DNA from: Planctomycetota bacterium
GTDB taxonomy: Bacteria; Planctomycetota; Phycisphaerae; UBA1845
DNA: 64,000 bases
Assembly (NCBI GenBank): GCA_024275565.1
Contig: JAJRYY010000009.1
Location: 636-64,635 of the forward strand
Direction: 5' to 3'
The translations under genes and the position numbers were made by a program. Shown here in pieces: positions 1-11,159 of the stretch. The first letter of the stretch is position 1; every line of letters starts with the position of its first letter. Below the pieces are notes generated by a model. The model made no database searches. It saw only the letters and a list, made by a program, of their open reading frames with translations, and was not told where the DNA came from.

Positions 1-102
1 CAGATTCTCACGACCCACTTCGGTCGCAAAGTCACTGGCTTCCTGGAACAACCGCTCCCAGCTCTTCAGGACAGCCTTGAAATGCCTGTAAACAACACGC
101 AT
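1..102 (-). CDS. hypothetical protein, N-terminal fragment (gene continues off the left edge)
   Basis: ATG at 102 on the minus strand follows a GAGG-rich stretch. The frame stays open for all 34 codons to position 1 (MRVVYRHFKAVLKSWERLFQEASDFATEVGRENL). No family recognised. Confidence 0.3.
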   Translation of the reverse strand, partial: MRVVYRHFKAVLKSWERLFQEASDFATEVGRENL

Positions 103-453
103 CCTCTACCTCTTGGTCCCTCTTCCCTCGCCACCATCAGATAGAAGTTTCCAGACCACCAGATAGACGATCGCAATCAGCTCTTCTTGACCTTGGATGT
201 CACAAGCATCAGCGGCAAACCCGCAAGCACCATGCCCGTACCGAGCATATCCATCGGGGATCCTCAGCAATACCCAAATTTCAATCCAACCCCGACAATC
301 GGCACGATGTACAACAGGTAAATCAGCTTCCCAGCAAACATGTTCCTTCTCCAACGATCCCCAGTAACACACCCAGACGCTCCCGCACAATCAGAACACG
401 CCAGTGTTCCCGCACCCTCAGAACACGCCAGCCACGACAGAAACACAACGTTA

Positions 454-936
454 TCAACTGCGACTTTTACGCCATTTTTCGAGCAATAGTATCGGCAAAG
501 CGATCAGGAGCAGCGGCCCCAGCAACACGAACAGCACAAGTCGAAAAACACGCCACGCCGCGGGGTATCGGGCTATCGGCCAGGCGTTCTTATCCAGGCT
601 GTTCTGCTGATCCGACGAAAACGCGATCCTGCTCATCGGGTCATACCCCGCAAGCTGTCCAACCGTCTTCCCGCACGCAGGACAATACATCAACCCGGCA
701 GAATACGGCGCAAGACAATGCAGACAAAGCGGCATCGCCTCGCCAGAATCGCCCGAACAATCGCCGATCTCAGCACCACCGACATCAGCACAGTCGACAT
801 CAGAACCGCCCTCATCAGTACTACCGACAGCAGCTCCGTCGATCTCTGCACTACCGATCTCAGCATCGCCGATGTCAGCATCGCCCACAACCGCGGCGGA
901 CGGCAGGGCTCTCGCCTGGTCCGAAAGTTTGCCCAC
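454..936 (-). CDS. zinc-ribbon membrane protein with acidic repeat N-terminus
   Basis: 160-aa ORF. Its start codon overlaps the yajC stop at 936, consistent with translational coupling. It has a CxxC...CxxC motif (CLHCLAPYSAGLMYCPACG) and a C-terminal hydrophobic helix (FRLVLFVLLGPLLLIALPILLL). The N-terminus is an imperfect (I/V)GDAE-type repeat. Confidence 0.55.
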   Translation of the reverse strand: MGKLSDQARALPSAAVVGDADIGDAEIGSAEIDGAAVGSTDEGGSDVDCADVGGAEIGDCSGDSGEAMPLCLHCLAPYSAGLMYCPACGKTVGQLAGYDPMSRIAFSSDQQNSLDKNAWPIARYPAAWRVFRLVLFVLLGPLLLIALPILLLEKWRKSRS

Positions 937-1337
937 TAACCTGCCTCAGCCGTCAAATCGTCATCCGACAAAATGATGCGCTGAACAGACCGCTTGATGA
1001 CCGTCATTCGCGTGTTGGTCCCCTCGTCAATCTTAAGCACCACTTCATTTTCTTTCACGTTGACCACGGTCCCCAGCACGCCCCCGATCGTCATCACGCG
1101 ATCATTCTTCTTGATACCAGCAAGCAGATCAGCTTTCTTCTGCCTTTCTTTTTTTTGCGTCCGGCTGGAAAAAAAGAAAAATACACCCACGAACAAGACC
1201 ATCCCGATCATAAGTCCCATCGGATTCTGCTGCGGAGGCGTTCCACCACCTCCGCCGCCACCAGCCTGGACCAACATAGCACTGCCAGTCTGGGCCAACA
1301 TACTGCTTTGTGCGAATGCACTAAGTGTTTCCATCAT
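936..1337 (-). CDS. yajC: preprotein translocase subunit YajC
   Basis: Single TM helix followed by the conserved YajC core (KKADLLAGIKKNDRVMTIGGVLGTVVNVKENEVVLKIDEGT). Located next to tgt, as in many bacteria. Confidence 0.9.
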   Translation of the reverse strand: MMETLSAFAQSSMLAQTGSAMLVQAGGGGGGGTPPQQNPMGLMIGMVLFVGVFFFFSSRTQKKERQKKADLLAGIKKNDRVMTIGGVLGTVVNVKENEVVLKIDEGTNTRMTVIKRSVQRIILSDDDLTAEAG

Positions 1338-1362
1338 GCTAATTCAACCATCCTCGCTAATT

Positions 1363-2969
<1,607 letters not shown>

Positions 2970-3025
2970 TGAGTCGTCCTGCGCTGCCTCTGTTTTTTTC
3001 CGCCTCAAGCCCGAACCTTCGTCGC

Positions 3026-5314
3026 TCATCGGACCAACGTCCTGATCCAATCCGGAACGACCAGTTCGCCTGCATCGGTTTCCTCGGTGTTGCCCTTGGA
3101 CGATTTCTTTCGCATGTCCATTTCCTGGGTCGCGAAGGTCAACCGTGCAAGCAGGTCTGCTGGAGGGACTGACCTGTGCATGATCGCCTGTTTGTAATCT
3201 GCGAGTGCGTCCTTCAATTCATGGAGCATTGCGTGGAGATCTCCACGGCGGACGAGCAGCTCGTATGGGGCTTCTGAGATTTTGATTGCATCGGATATGG
3301 CAAGGATCGTCTCCTGCACCCGTTCCCGCATACGCAATCTCTCAAGCCTTGCAGCCACATGCCCGGACGACAACTGTTCTGCCCGTCCCAGATCGTCGTT
3401 GGATCGGGAGAACTCCGCCAGCCTTGCGTGGGCAAATGCCCGGGCGACGTAGAATCCCGAGACTTTCGGGTCCATGTTGATTGCTTTGTTGAAATCCTCG
3501 ATGGACTCCGATGCGTTCTTTCCATTGTCAGCCAGCAGGCGAATCAGACCACGCAAGACATATGCTGCGGGCCGCTCAGGGTTGAACTGGATCAGAAAGG
3601 AAACGTCTTCCATTGCGGCGGAGAAATCACCGCGCCGAATGAGAAGAATTGTGCGTAACTGCCACGCTCCTGTCTCTGGAAGCCCTGTTCCGAACGACTC
3701 ATTGACGAAGTCGAACGCGCGCTGCGGATCGGTCGAATCGAGCGCCTGGCGGAAATAATCTGTAGCAGCCTGAAAGGCCTGGTCACGCCGTCCGCCGATG
3801 GCAGTCTGCAGATCGGATTCGTCCCGAAGCATCTGTGTGAATTCATCCATCAGTGCTGCCACAAGCGATCGATCTGCGTCTGTATAGTCGGCGAAGGATG
3901 CAGGTAGTGGGAAGGTTGCAACTTCGTCGCTTGTCGCCTTGGGCTGAAATGTGGACATCGCACTTTTGATGACCTCGGACATCGCGCCCGCACCCTTGGC
4001 TGCCAGCTCCCATTCGATCGGCGCGTTCTGCTGGAGCGCGTCCATGATGGTTGTGCGCTCCGCCTCCAACTCATCGACACGGGTCTGAAGCTGTTCCTGC
4101 TCCTGCTCGGCTTGTTTGATTTCCTCCTGCTTCACGATCCGTTCAGCGTTGAACTTGCGTGACTGCACGTACACAATGACCATCGCAGCCGTGACGAGTA
4201 TCGCGAGGATTCCAGCTTCCACACGATTGCGTGAGATAAAACGAAACATCCGTGAAAACACGCTTTCGCGACGTGCTACGATGGACCGTCGTTTCAGATA
4301 TCGGCGTAGATCTTCGGCCATCTCGTCGGCCGACTCGTATCGGCGTGAGACATCCTTGTCGATCGCTTTGAGGCAGACGGTTTCGAGATCGGTGGGGATC
4401 ATGGGATTGTGATGGCGAGGTGCTGATACTTCGGAGGAGATGATCTTGGAGATGACCTGAGCGCGCGTTTCGCCGGGGAATGGTGGCGAGAGCGTCATCC
4501 ACTCATACATGGTCGCACCGAGCGAATAGATGTCGGTTCGGTGATCGATTTTGGACGCATCGCCGGTGATCTGTTCGGGCGACATGTAGAGAGGTGATCC
4601 GAGAAATTCACCGGTCATGGTGACGCCGGGCTGCTCCTGGATGCGTGCGAGTCCGAAATCGGTCACCTGCATGACCCCATCGTTGCCCAGGACGCAATTG
4701 TGGGGTTTGATGTCACGGTGGATGACACCTTCCCGATGCGCGTAGGCCAATGCGTCGGCGATCGAAGCAAGGTGGGCCGTCATGCTGTCGAACTGCTCCT
4801 GGGTTGTGGCAGACAGGTCCGAGCGTGGAATGACGGGTCGGTTGGCTGAGTCCATCATGACGGTTTCTTCGATGCCCGGTGTCGATGCTACTGCACTCTG
4901 GGGCATTGTCCTGGTCACGTCGGTACCGGACTGTGCGCCTCCACCGCGTGCGTCGTTGATGATGTCGATGAGCGGGCGTCCGTCGACGAACTCCATCGCA
5001 TAATAATATAGACCGTCATGCTCACCCTGGGCGTATACGCCGACAATGTGGGGGTGTTGAAGCTTTGCTGCGGCTTGAGCTTCCCGGCGGAATCGGAGGA
5101 TCGCGGTTTCAGTCAGACAACCGGACTCCCGGAGCACCTTGAGGGCGACCCGCCGATTGAGCGATTTCTGGCGGGCTTCGTAGACCGTCCCCATCCCGCC
5201 CCGACCGACCTCGCGAATAATCTCGAACTCGCCCAGAACGCGACCGATCATCGTATCCGATGGGCCGCCGCCTGAACCGCCGAAACTGCCGGATTGTCCC
5301 TCCATGCCCGCCAT
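3026..5314 (-). CDS. serine/threonine protein kinase with TM segment and C-terminal TPR-like region
   Basis: Hanks kinase motifs GRGGMGTVYEA, HRDIKPHN, DFGLAR and SPE. A mid-protein TM helix (AGILAILVTAAMVIVYV) is followed by a long helical repeat region. Confidence 0.9.
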   Translation of the reverse strand: MAGMEGQSGSFGGSGGGPSDTMIGRVLGEFEIIREVGRGGMGTVYEARQKSLNRRVALKVLRESGCLTETAILRFRREAQAAAKLQHPHIVGVYAQGEHDGLYYYAMEFVDGRPLIDIINDARGGGAQSGTDVTRTMPQSAVASTPGIEETVMMDSANRPVIPRSDLSATTQEQFDSMTAHLASIADALAYAHREGVIHRDIKPHNCVLGNDGVMQVTDFGLARIQEQPGVTMTGEFLGSPLYMSPEQITGDASKIDHRTDIYSLGATMYEWMTLSPPFPGETRAQVISKIISSEVSAPRHHNPMIPTDLETVCLKAIDKDVSRRYESADEMAEDLRRYLKRRSIVARRESVFSRMFRFISRNRVEAGILAILVTAAMVIVYVQSRKFNAERIVKQEEIKQAEQEQEQLQTRVDELEAERTTIMDALQQNAPIEWELAAKGAGAMSEVIKSAMSTFQPKATSDEVATFPLPASFADYTDADRSLVAALMDEFTQMLRDESDLQTAIGGRRDQAFQAATDYFRQALDSTDPQRAFDFVNESFGTGLPETGAWQLRTILLIRRGDFSAAMEDVSFLIQFNPERPAAYVLRGLIRLLADNGKNASESIEDFNKAINMDPKVSGFYVARAFAHARLAEFSRSNDDLGRAEQLSSGHVAARLERLRMRERVQETILAISDAIKISEAPYELLVRRGDLHAMLHELKDALADYKQAIMHRSVPPADLLARLTFATQEMDMRKKSSKGNTEETDAGELVVPDWIRTLVR

Positions 5315-5711
5315 CCAAGTGTCCGCCTTGCTACTGACCTCTATCTACCATCCGCCTCTCATTCGCTTCAATCCAACCGTCAATATGCCTATATCCTGCC
5401 CAATCCCTCACGGTAGCTATTTTCGCGGTACTTCATGCACGGTCAATGCGACAAACGTGCATCCTTTATAATGACTGACGCCGTGGACGATGGTTTGTGT
5501 CAAGAATGTTGCTGGAAAGTCGAATATTGTAATCTTTTACCCAAAATCATGCCTTTGATTGCAATATTGTCGTTACATCAGCGAATAGGTTGGGCAATTT
5601 TGGCCCATCTTCACCCCGCCTTGCCCGCGCCTCGATATATCGGAAATTTCGCTGAATCCGACCCGAGGCCATTATCACCGACCTTGCACTCTCATTTCTG
5701 TGTCACTCTAT

Positions 5712-6242
5712 CTACGTCGGCGCGCGGGCAGGGGTCACTGCATTCGGAAATGCGTCGCTCGCGTGGAGGCGTCCGAGTCGCAGATAGTTGTCCACCACGA
5801 ATCCCATGTACGCCAGTTCCTTCTCGTTCACGGATCGGACAGGTTTCGCGGGGATGCCCATCATGACCGTTCGTGGTTTGACCACGGTGTAGGGTGGGAC
5901 GACCGCACCGGCTGCGATGAGGCATTCTTCACCGATCTCACACCCGTCGAGGATGATCGCCCCGATGCCGACGAGCGTACCGCGCCCCACGCTGAGGCAG
6001 TGGACGACGGCTCGATGCCCGACGCTGACGCCATCTTCGAGGATTAAATCGTCGCCGGTGTTGGTGTGGAGGATGGATCCGTCCTGGATGTTGACGCGTC
6101 GCCCGAGGGTGATTTTTCCCACGTCGCCCCGAATCGTAACGTGGTGCATGATCGTGCATTCGTCACCGATGACCACATCGCCACCGACATAGGACGTCGG
6201 AGCGATGTAGGTGTTTTTACCGAGCTGTACCCGCCCTTCCAT
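5712..6242 (-). CDS. gamma-class carbonic anhydrase-like / left-handed beta-helix (hexapeptide) protein
   Basis: Hexapeptide repeats run throughout (IGDECTIMHHVTIRGD..., VGHRAVVHCLSVGRGTLVGIGAIILDGCEIGEECLIAAGAVV). The start is placed at MEGRV (6242), giving ~176 aa. The longer 242-aa ORF adds a non-homologous extension that runs into the ClC gene. Confidence 0.85.
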   Translation of the reverse strand: MEGRVQLGKNTYIAPTSYVGGDVVIGDECTIMHHVTIRGDVGKITLGRRVNIQDGSILHTNTGDDLILEDGVSVGHRAVVHCLSVGRGTLVGIGAIILDGCEIGEECLIAAGAVVPPYTVVKPRTVMMGIPAKPVRSVNEKELAYMGFVVDNYLRLGRLHASDAFPNAVTPARAPT

Positions 6243-6421
6243 AACGTACCTTTCCGCTGAAATATGATGATACGCGATAAATCGCTCGACCGCGAATGTG
6301 CCCCTCCTGTTGCGAAGCACGCCCTGCGCGGTTAGCCTTCCAGCCGCAGCAAACGATTGAGAGTTCTCCTCGAGTCCATAGCATGGCGACGAACCAATAG
6401 CATGACGAATCGCTTCAACGC

Positions 6422-8236
6422 ATGATAAATCGCTTCCCAAGAGGACGACGGCTTCGCGTGTTGATGCTGCGCATTCTGGCCCGTGGCGGGTTCAAGGAGG
6501 AGTACTTCCTCATCACGCTCGCACTGCTCATCGGGGCAGCCACAGGGCTTGGGGCGCACCTCTTTTTCGAACTGATCGAGTATGCAACGCACCTTGCATA
6601 CGGCGCGAGCGATGGACTGTTCGCCGGGCGACCCTACATGATTGTCGTCATGCCGGTCGTGGCAGCCCTGGCGGTCGGTGCCATGACATACCGCTTCGCC
6701 CGTGAGGCCAAGGGGCACGGTGTCCCCGAAGTGATGGACGCGATATATCGCCAGGGTGGCGTTATCCGTGCCCGCGTCGCGATCGTCAAAGCAGTGGCGA
6801 GCGCCCTGACCATCGGGTCTGGCGGGTCGGCTGGGACCGAAGGACCGATCGTGCAGATTGGGGCGGCGGTTGGTAGCGGATTTGGACAATTTCTCAATGT
6901 CGAGCGCCGCCAGATGGGGATCCTGGTGGCATGCGGGGTGGCGGGCGGAATCGCAGCCATCTTCAACGCACCGATCGCCGGGGTTCTGTTCGCACTTGAA
7001 ATATTCCTGAAAGATTTCTCGCTCCGGGCCTTCGCACCGGTCGTATTCGCAAGCGTCATCAGTTGCTCCATCACGCACGCGCTTCGCTTCGGCGGCGGGG
7101 ATGTCGCCATTTTCCAGGTATATCAGGACGCTCAATACAATTTCAGCGGTCTGGAGCTTCCCTATTTCCTCCTCCTCGGCGTTCTCTGTGCGATCGTCGC
7201 AGCCGTGTTCATTAAATCACTCTACGCTGCCGAGGATCTCGCGGACCGTCTCACAATCCCCGATTACCTGAAACCAGCGATCGGCGCCTTTGGACTTGGT
7301 ATTCTCGGACTCATCTTTCTACTGACAACTGAGCCTGGCAGCCATCAAATGCCTTCGTTTTTTGGGAACGGGTATACACTGATTGAGACAGCCATCTCCC
7401 CGAAAGTATTCAACGAGGGCGTGGGATTACTCCTGCTGCTGCTCGTACTCAAGATATTGGCCACCTGCCTCACGCTCGGCAGCGGCGGATCGGGTGGTAT
7501 TTTCGCACCTTCGCTGTTCATGGGTGCGGTAACTGGCGGAGCGTTCGGACTCATCCTCTACCAGGTCGGACTGATCCCGCAAGACAGCATCACAGCCTAC
7601 GCACTGGTAGGGATGGCTGCCGTGCTGGCTGGCACCACGCACGCTCCACTCACCGCCATTGTGATGCTCTACGAAATAACACGCGAACCCAAGGTCATCC
7701 TTCCGATCATGTTCGCAGCCATCGTGGCTACTACCGTCGCCCAGAATCTCTGCCGCGACAGCATCTACACGTTGAAATTGCGACGCCGAGGTGTTCGCGT
7801 CGGGACGCTGGCAGACCTGACGATTCTCAAGGGCATCTCAGCCCACCAGGTCGCCACCTCCCCCGCAGTCCTTGTCCACCCCGAAGACCCCCTGCAGAAG
7901 CTCATCGACCTTGCGACCGAAAATGAAACGGGGGATTTTGTCGTGGTCGACCCGGACGGTGCGTTCCAAGGCCTGGTCATCGCAGAGGACATCCGCACCG
8001 CCCTGTTGCAACCGGAGGCGGTCCCGTTGCTGCTGGTGGGCGAGCTGCTCCGTCAGGGGATCCCGATTATCGACCCCGATGAAACTCTCGACAATGTGAT
8101 GGACGCGTTTGCGAAATCCAATGTCCAGTCGCTCCCGGTCGGTATGGACAACAACTCCGACCACGTGAAATGCCTCATCACGCGTCAGGCAGTCATGACC
8201 CGATACCACCAGGAATTTGAAGTGCATTCCGACTGA
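6422..8236 (+). CDS. ClC-family voltage-gated chloride channel/antiporter with C-terminal CBS pair
   Basis: Selectivity-filter motifs GSGGSAGTEGP and GSGGSGGIFAPS, multiple TM helices, and a C-terminal CBS-like region. The start is uncertain (6422 or the ATG at 6464). Confidence 0.9.
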   Translation: MINRFPRGRRLRVLMLRILARGGFKEEYFLITLALLIGAATGLGAHLFFELIEYATHLAYGASDGLFAGRPYMIVVMPVVAALAVGAMTYRFAREAKGHGVPEVMDAIYRQGGVIRARVAIVKAVASALTIGSGGSAGTEGPIVQIGAAVGSGFGQFLNVERRQMGILVACGVAGGIAAIFNAPIAGVLFALEIFLKDFSLRAFAPVVFASVISCSITHALRFGGGDVAIFQVYQDAQYNFSGLELPYFLLLGVLCAIVAAVFIKSLYAAEDLADRLTIPDYLKPAIGAFGLGILGLIFLLTTEPGSHQMPSFFGNGYTLIETAISPKVFNEGVGLLLLLLVLKILATCLTLGSGGSGGIFAPSLFMGAVTGGAFGLILYQVGLIPQDSITAYALVGMAAVLAGTTHAPLTAIVMLYEITREPKVILPIMFAAIVATTVAQNLCRDSIYTLKLRRRGVRVGTLADLTILKGISAHQVATSPAVLVHPEDPLQKLIDLATENETGDFVVVDPDGAFQGLVIAEDIRTALLQPEAVPLLLVGELLRQGIPIIDPDETLDNVMDAFAKSNVQSLPVGMDNNSDHVKCLITRQAVMTRYHQEFEVHSD

Positions 8237-8362
8237 GAAGTAAAATCCGACTGAGAAGTAAAATCCGACTGAGAAGTACAATCCGACTGTGAAGTGCATT
8301 CCGACCGAGAAGCACATTCCGACTGAAAGTACAATCCGACAGAAAAGTGCAATCTGACCGAC
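8219..8362. repeat. about eight copies of an 18-bp tandem repeat that begins in the last codons of the ClC gene
   Basis: The unit is gagaagtaaaatccgact with variants. The first three copies repeat the stop codon in frame, with TGA at 8234, 8252 and 8270. Confidence 0.9.
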
Positions 8363-8436
8363 TGGAACCCATCCGGCCCGGACGGAGCAAACCGGGATCC
8401 GGGCGGAGCAAACACGGGAGGATGACGCTTCTTCTG

Positions 8437-9000
8437 CTACCCTTCGGAGACATCCTTCGTCTTGGCAGCGATGAGACTATCGATCTCTTTCTCGCAGGAA
8501 TTGATCACCTTCTGGACAACTTCCTTGGCGGTGTCTGCCTCATCTTCGCTGAATGCTCCGCTTTTCTTGTCGGCGTCGATCTTCTTGTTCATATCGCGGC
8601 GGATATTGCGGATGGCGATCTTTTGCGTTTCGCCCATTTTCTTGACCTGAGAGGCGATCTGCTGACGACGTTCACCGGAGAGCGGCGGTATCGGCAGGCG
8701 AATAATCTTACCATCCGACATCGGGGTGATCCCGACATCTGATGACTGGAGACCACGCTCGATGTCCTTCACAGTCGACGGATCGAAGGGCTTGACCATG
8801 ATCGTCTGCGGATCGGGGACACTGATGGCTGCCAGTTCCAGCAGTTGCATGGTGCTTCCGTACGATTGCACTTCGATTCGGACATGCTCTACCAGCCCAG
8901 GCGTCGCCTGACCGGTGCGGACACCCTTAAGCTCGTCCTTCAGATATTCAACCGACTTGGACATGGCAGAACGGCATTCTTTTTCAATGGCAGAGGACAT
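8437..9000 (-). CDS. frr: ribosome recycling factor
   Basis: 187 aa with full-length RRF similarity (VRTGQATPGLVEHVRIEVQSYGSTMQLLELAAISVPDPQTIMVKPFD). Confidence 0.95.
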   Translation of the reverse strand: MSSAIEKECRSAMSKSVEYLKDELKGVRTGQATPGLVEHVRIEVQSYGSTMQLLELAAISVPDPQTIMVKPFDPSTVKDIERGLQSSDVGITPMSDGKIIRLPIPPLSGERRQQIASQVKKMGETQKIAIRNIRRDMNKKIDADKKSGAFSEDEADTAKEVVQKVINSCEKEIDSLIAAKTKDVSEG

Positions 9001-9092
9001 CTATCGCAACCTTTCTACAGACCCGCGAAATCCATCATTCCGCGAACCGGACTCCGTATTGTTCCATTTACCGCTGCTGTTCAGGCGAGATG

Positions 9093-9815
9093 CTAACCAG
9101 CGTCGACCAGCGTCCCAACCTCTTCACCCTGTGCAACTGCTCGCATGTTACCCGATTTTTTCAGATTGAAAACGATCACCGGAATACGATTCTGCTGACA
9201 CATGACCATGGCAGACAGATCCATCACCTGCAATCGGGCGTCGATCACCTGATCGTATCCTATGTGCTTGTGCAGAACTGCCTCCGGATCGGTCTCAGGG
9301 TCAGCCGTGTACACGCCATCAACCTTCGTCGCTTTCAACAGCACGTCCGCACCGATTTCCGACGCACGAAGCGCTGCACAACTATCCGTCGTCACGAACG
9401 GGTTGCCCGTACCAGCCGCAAAAATCACCACGCGACCTTTTTCCAGATGGCGGATCGCACGTCGTCGCACGAAGGGTTCGCACACGCGATCGATCGCAAT
9501 CGCAGACTGAACACGCGTGGGAATTCCAAGCGATTCCAGAATCTCCTGAAGCGCCATCGCATTGATGACAGTGGCCAACATGCCCATATAATGGGCAGCC
9601 ACCTCCTCGATTGCGATCCGCTTCGCAAGATCTCCGCCGCGAATGATGTTACCCCCGCCTATCACCAGACAAAGCTCAACACCCAGGTCCACAACGCCGC
9701 GTATTTCCTCGCCAATGCGACGAAGCTCGTCGGCATCAATGCCATCTCCACCCGTGGCACAAAGACCTTCACCGCTGATTTTCAACACAATCCGCTTGTA
9801 TTTCAGCTCAGCCAT
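9093..9815 (-). CDS. pyrH: UMP kinase
   Basis: 240 aa with motifs KRIVLKISGE and LVIGGGNIIRG. Sits in the conserved tsf-pyrH-frr order. Confidence 0.95.
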   Translation of the reverse strand: MAELKYKRIVLKISGEGLCATGGDGIDADELRRIGEEIRGVVDLGVELCLVIGGGNIIRGGDLAKRIAIEEVAAHYMGMLATVINAMALQEILESLGIPTRVQSAIAIDRVCEPFVRRRAIRHLEKGRVVIFAAGTGNPFVTTDSCAALRASEIGADVLLKATKVDGVYTADPETDPEAVLHKHIGYDQVIDARLQVMDLSAMVMCQQNRIPVIVFNLKKSGNMRAVAQGEEVGTLVDAG

Positions 9816-9857
9816 CGCTGCTCAACCAATCCGTGCAATAGATCCATTCAAATAGAT

Positions 9858-9881
9858 AAAAAAAAGGAGCCTTTCGGCTCC
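9858..9881 (-). terminator. rho-independent terminator-like hairpin downstream of tsf
   Basis: On the minus strand this reads GGAGCC-GAAA-GGCTCC followed by a U8 tract, 17 nt after the tsf stop. Confidence 0.7.
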
Positions 9882-9898
9882 CTCTGGTTTCGACTTTA

Positions 9899-10735
9899 TT
9901 ATCCGATCTTGCAGTAGATCATGTGGGTGACCGCATTGACGCCCCCAGCCTTGAGGACGTCTTTGACCTTGGTCTTGGGCACTTTCACATGCTCCTGCTC
10001 GATGAGCGCTTTTTCAGCGTAGAATGCGTTGACCTTGCCCTCAACGATCATCTCGACGATGTTCGGCGGCTTGCCATCACCCTCGGCAATCTCCTTGGAC
10101 AAAGACCGAACCTTCTCAACATCCTCAGCCGGGATACCATCCGGTGCGATCGCCATCGGGTTCGAAAAGGTCACATGATGACAAAGGTCCGTCCCGATCG
10201 AATCATCCGTCGGTGCAGCATCCAACCCGACAAGCACACCCGTCTTACAATCGTGATGCACATAAGAACACACATACCCGGTCGTGATCTTCGTACACGC
10301 TGTCAGCTTGATATTCTCACGAAGCAAACCAAAAACCTCTTCGATCTCACCCTGAAGCGTACGACCAGGATTCGACACAGAGTCCATCGCAAGGACCTCA
10401 TCCAGCGAAGGAGACGCAGCATCACTCAGACAGACGGTCTTGGCGATCGCATCCGCCATCGCGACATACTGATCCGTTTTGGCAACCGGTGCAGTCTCGC
10501 ATCGAACATCAATAATCGAACCCGTCTTTTTATCGTCCGAAATGTGAACAGCCACGGCACCCTCACCCGTCTCATTGCCGGAACGCTTCTCCATCTTGCC
10601 CTTATACTTTTTCTGCAAAAGGACCTTGGCTTCTTCCGCGTCGCCATTGGTCTCGGACAAAGCAGCCTTGCATTCCATCATCGGCAGGCCTGTCTCATCT
10701 CGCAGTGCTTTAACTTGTGCGGCCTTAATCGCCAT
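9899..10735 (-). CDS. tsf: translation elongation factor Ts
   Basis: 278 aa. The N-terminal UBA-like motif (VKALRDETGLPMMECKAAL) and the dimerisation core are recognisable. Confidence 0.95.
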   Translation of the reverse strand: MAIKAAQVKALRDETGLPMMECKAALSETNGDAEEAKVLLQKKYKGKMEKRSGNETGEGAVAVHISDDKKTGSIIDVRCETAPVAKTDQYVAMADAIAKTVCLSDAASPSLDEVLAMDSVSNPGRTLQGEIEEVFGLLRENIKLTACTKITTGYVCSYVHHDCKTGVLVGLDAAPTDDSIGTDLCHHVTFSNPMAIAPDGIPAEDVEKVRSLSKEIAEGDGKPPNIVEMIVEGKVNAFYAEKALIEQEHVKVPKTKVKDVLKAGGVNAVTHMIYCKIG

Positions 10736-11159
10736 GTCTTCAAATCTCCGTCAATCAGCGGGTCGCGTGTTCTGCCGCACCCGCTACCCGCATCGATCGC
10801 GGGCGTATTATCAGTTCGTGAATCAGTATCTTGAATACACCGGAAAAATAACAACAATCAATCGCAAAAACCCTGGCAGGAGAGCAACTCGACAGCAACG
10901 CGTCAGGGCTCATTCCTCATCAGACGACACCCCAGCCACCGCAGCCATGCAGCGCGGGGAGAAACCCCGAAACGCACAGGAGTACATATCACGCACAGGA
11001 GAACGGTACTCACAGGAGCACAAAACGCACAGCGCCACGAAACTCAGATCGCCGACATGGGGCGAAACCGGAAACACAACGCACATATCGTCTCGATACC
11101 CACGCATCCGCAACCGCCTTCAATCATGCACACCAGCCACCGGCCGGCAGTCAGATCTT

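Noticed and set aside
177-341. Two 25-aa hydrophobic mini-ORFs on the minus strand (MFAGKLIYLLYIVPIVGVGLKFGYC at 264-341 and MDMLGTGMVLAGLPLMLVTSKVKKS at 177-254), lying between the zinc-ribbon gene and the edge gene.
   Set aside because: They are plausible small membrane peptides. However, they are too short to support from sequence alone, have no clear ribosome-binding sites, and overlap longer but equally unsupported ORF-track calls (106-390 and 264-446).
6243-6440. The 66-codon N-terminal extension of the gamma-carbonic-anhydrase-like ORF, which overlaps the ClC gene start.
   Set aside because: The extension has no similarity to the family. The MEGRV start gives the canonical length and removes the divergent-gene overlap.
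8219-8362. A possible CRISPR array, given the regular short repeats after the ClC gene.
   Set aside because: The 18-bp units are contiguous with no spacers. The units are too short, and no cas genes are nearby.
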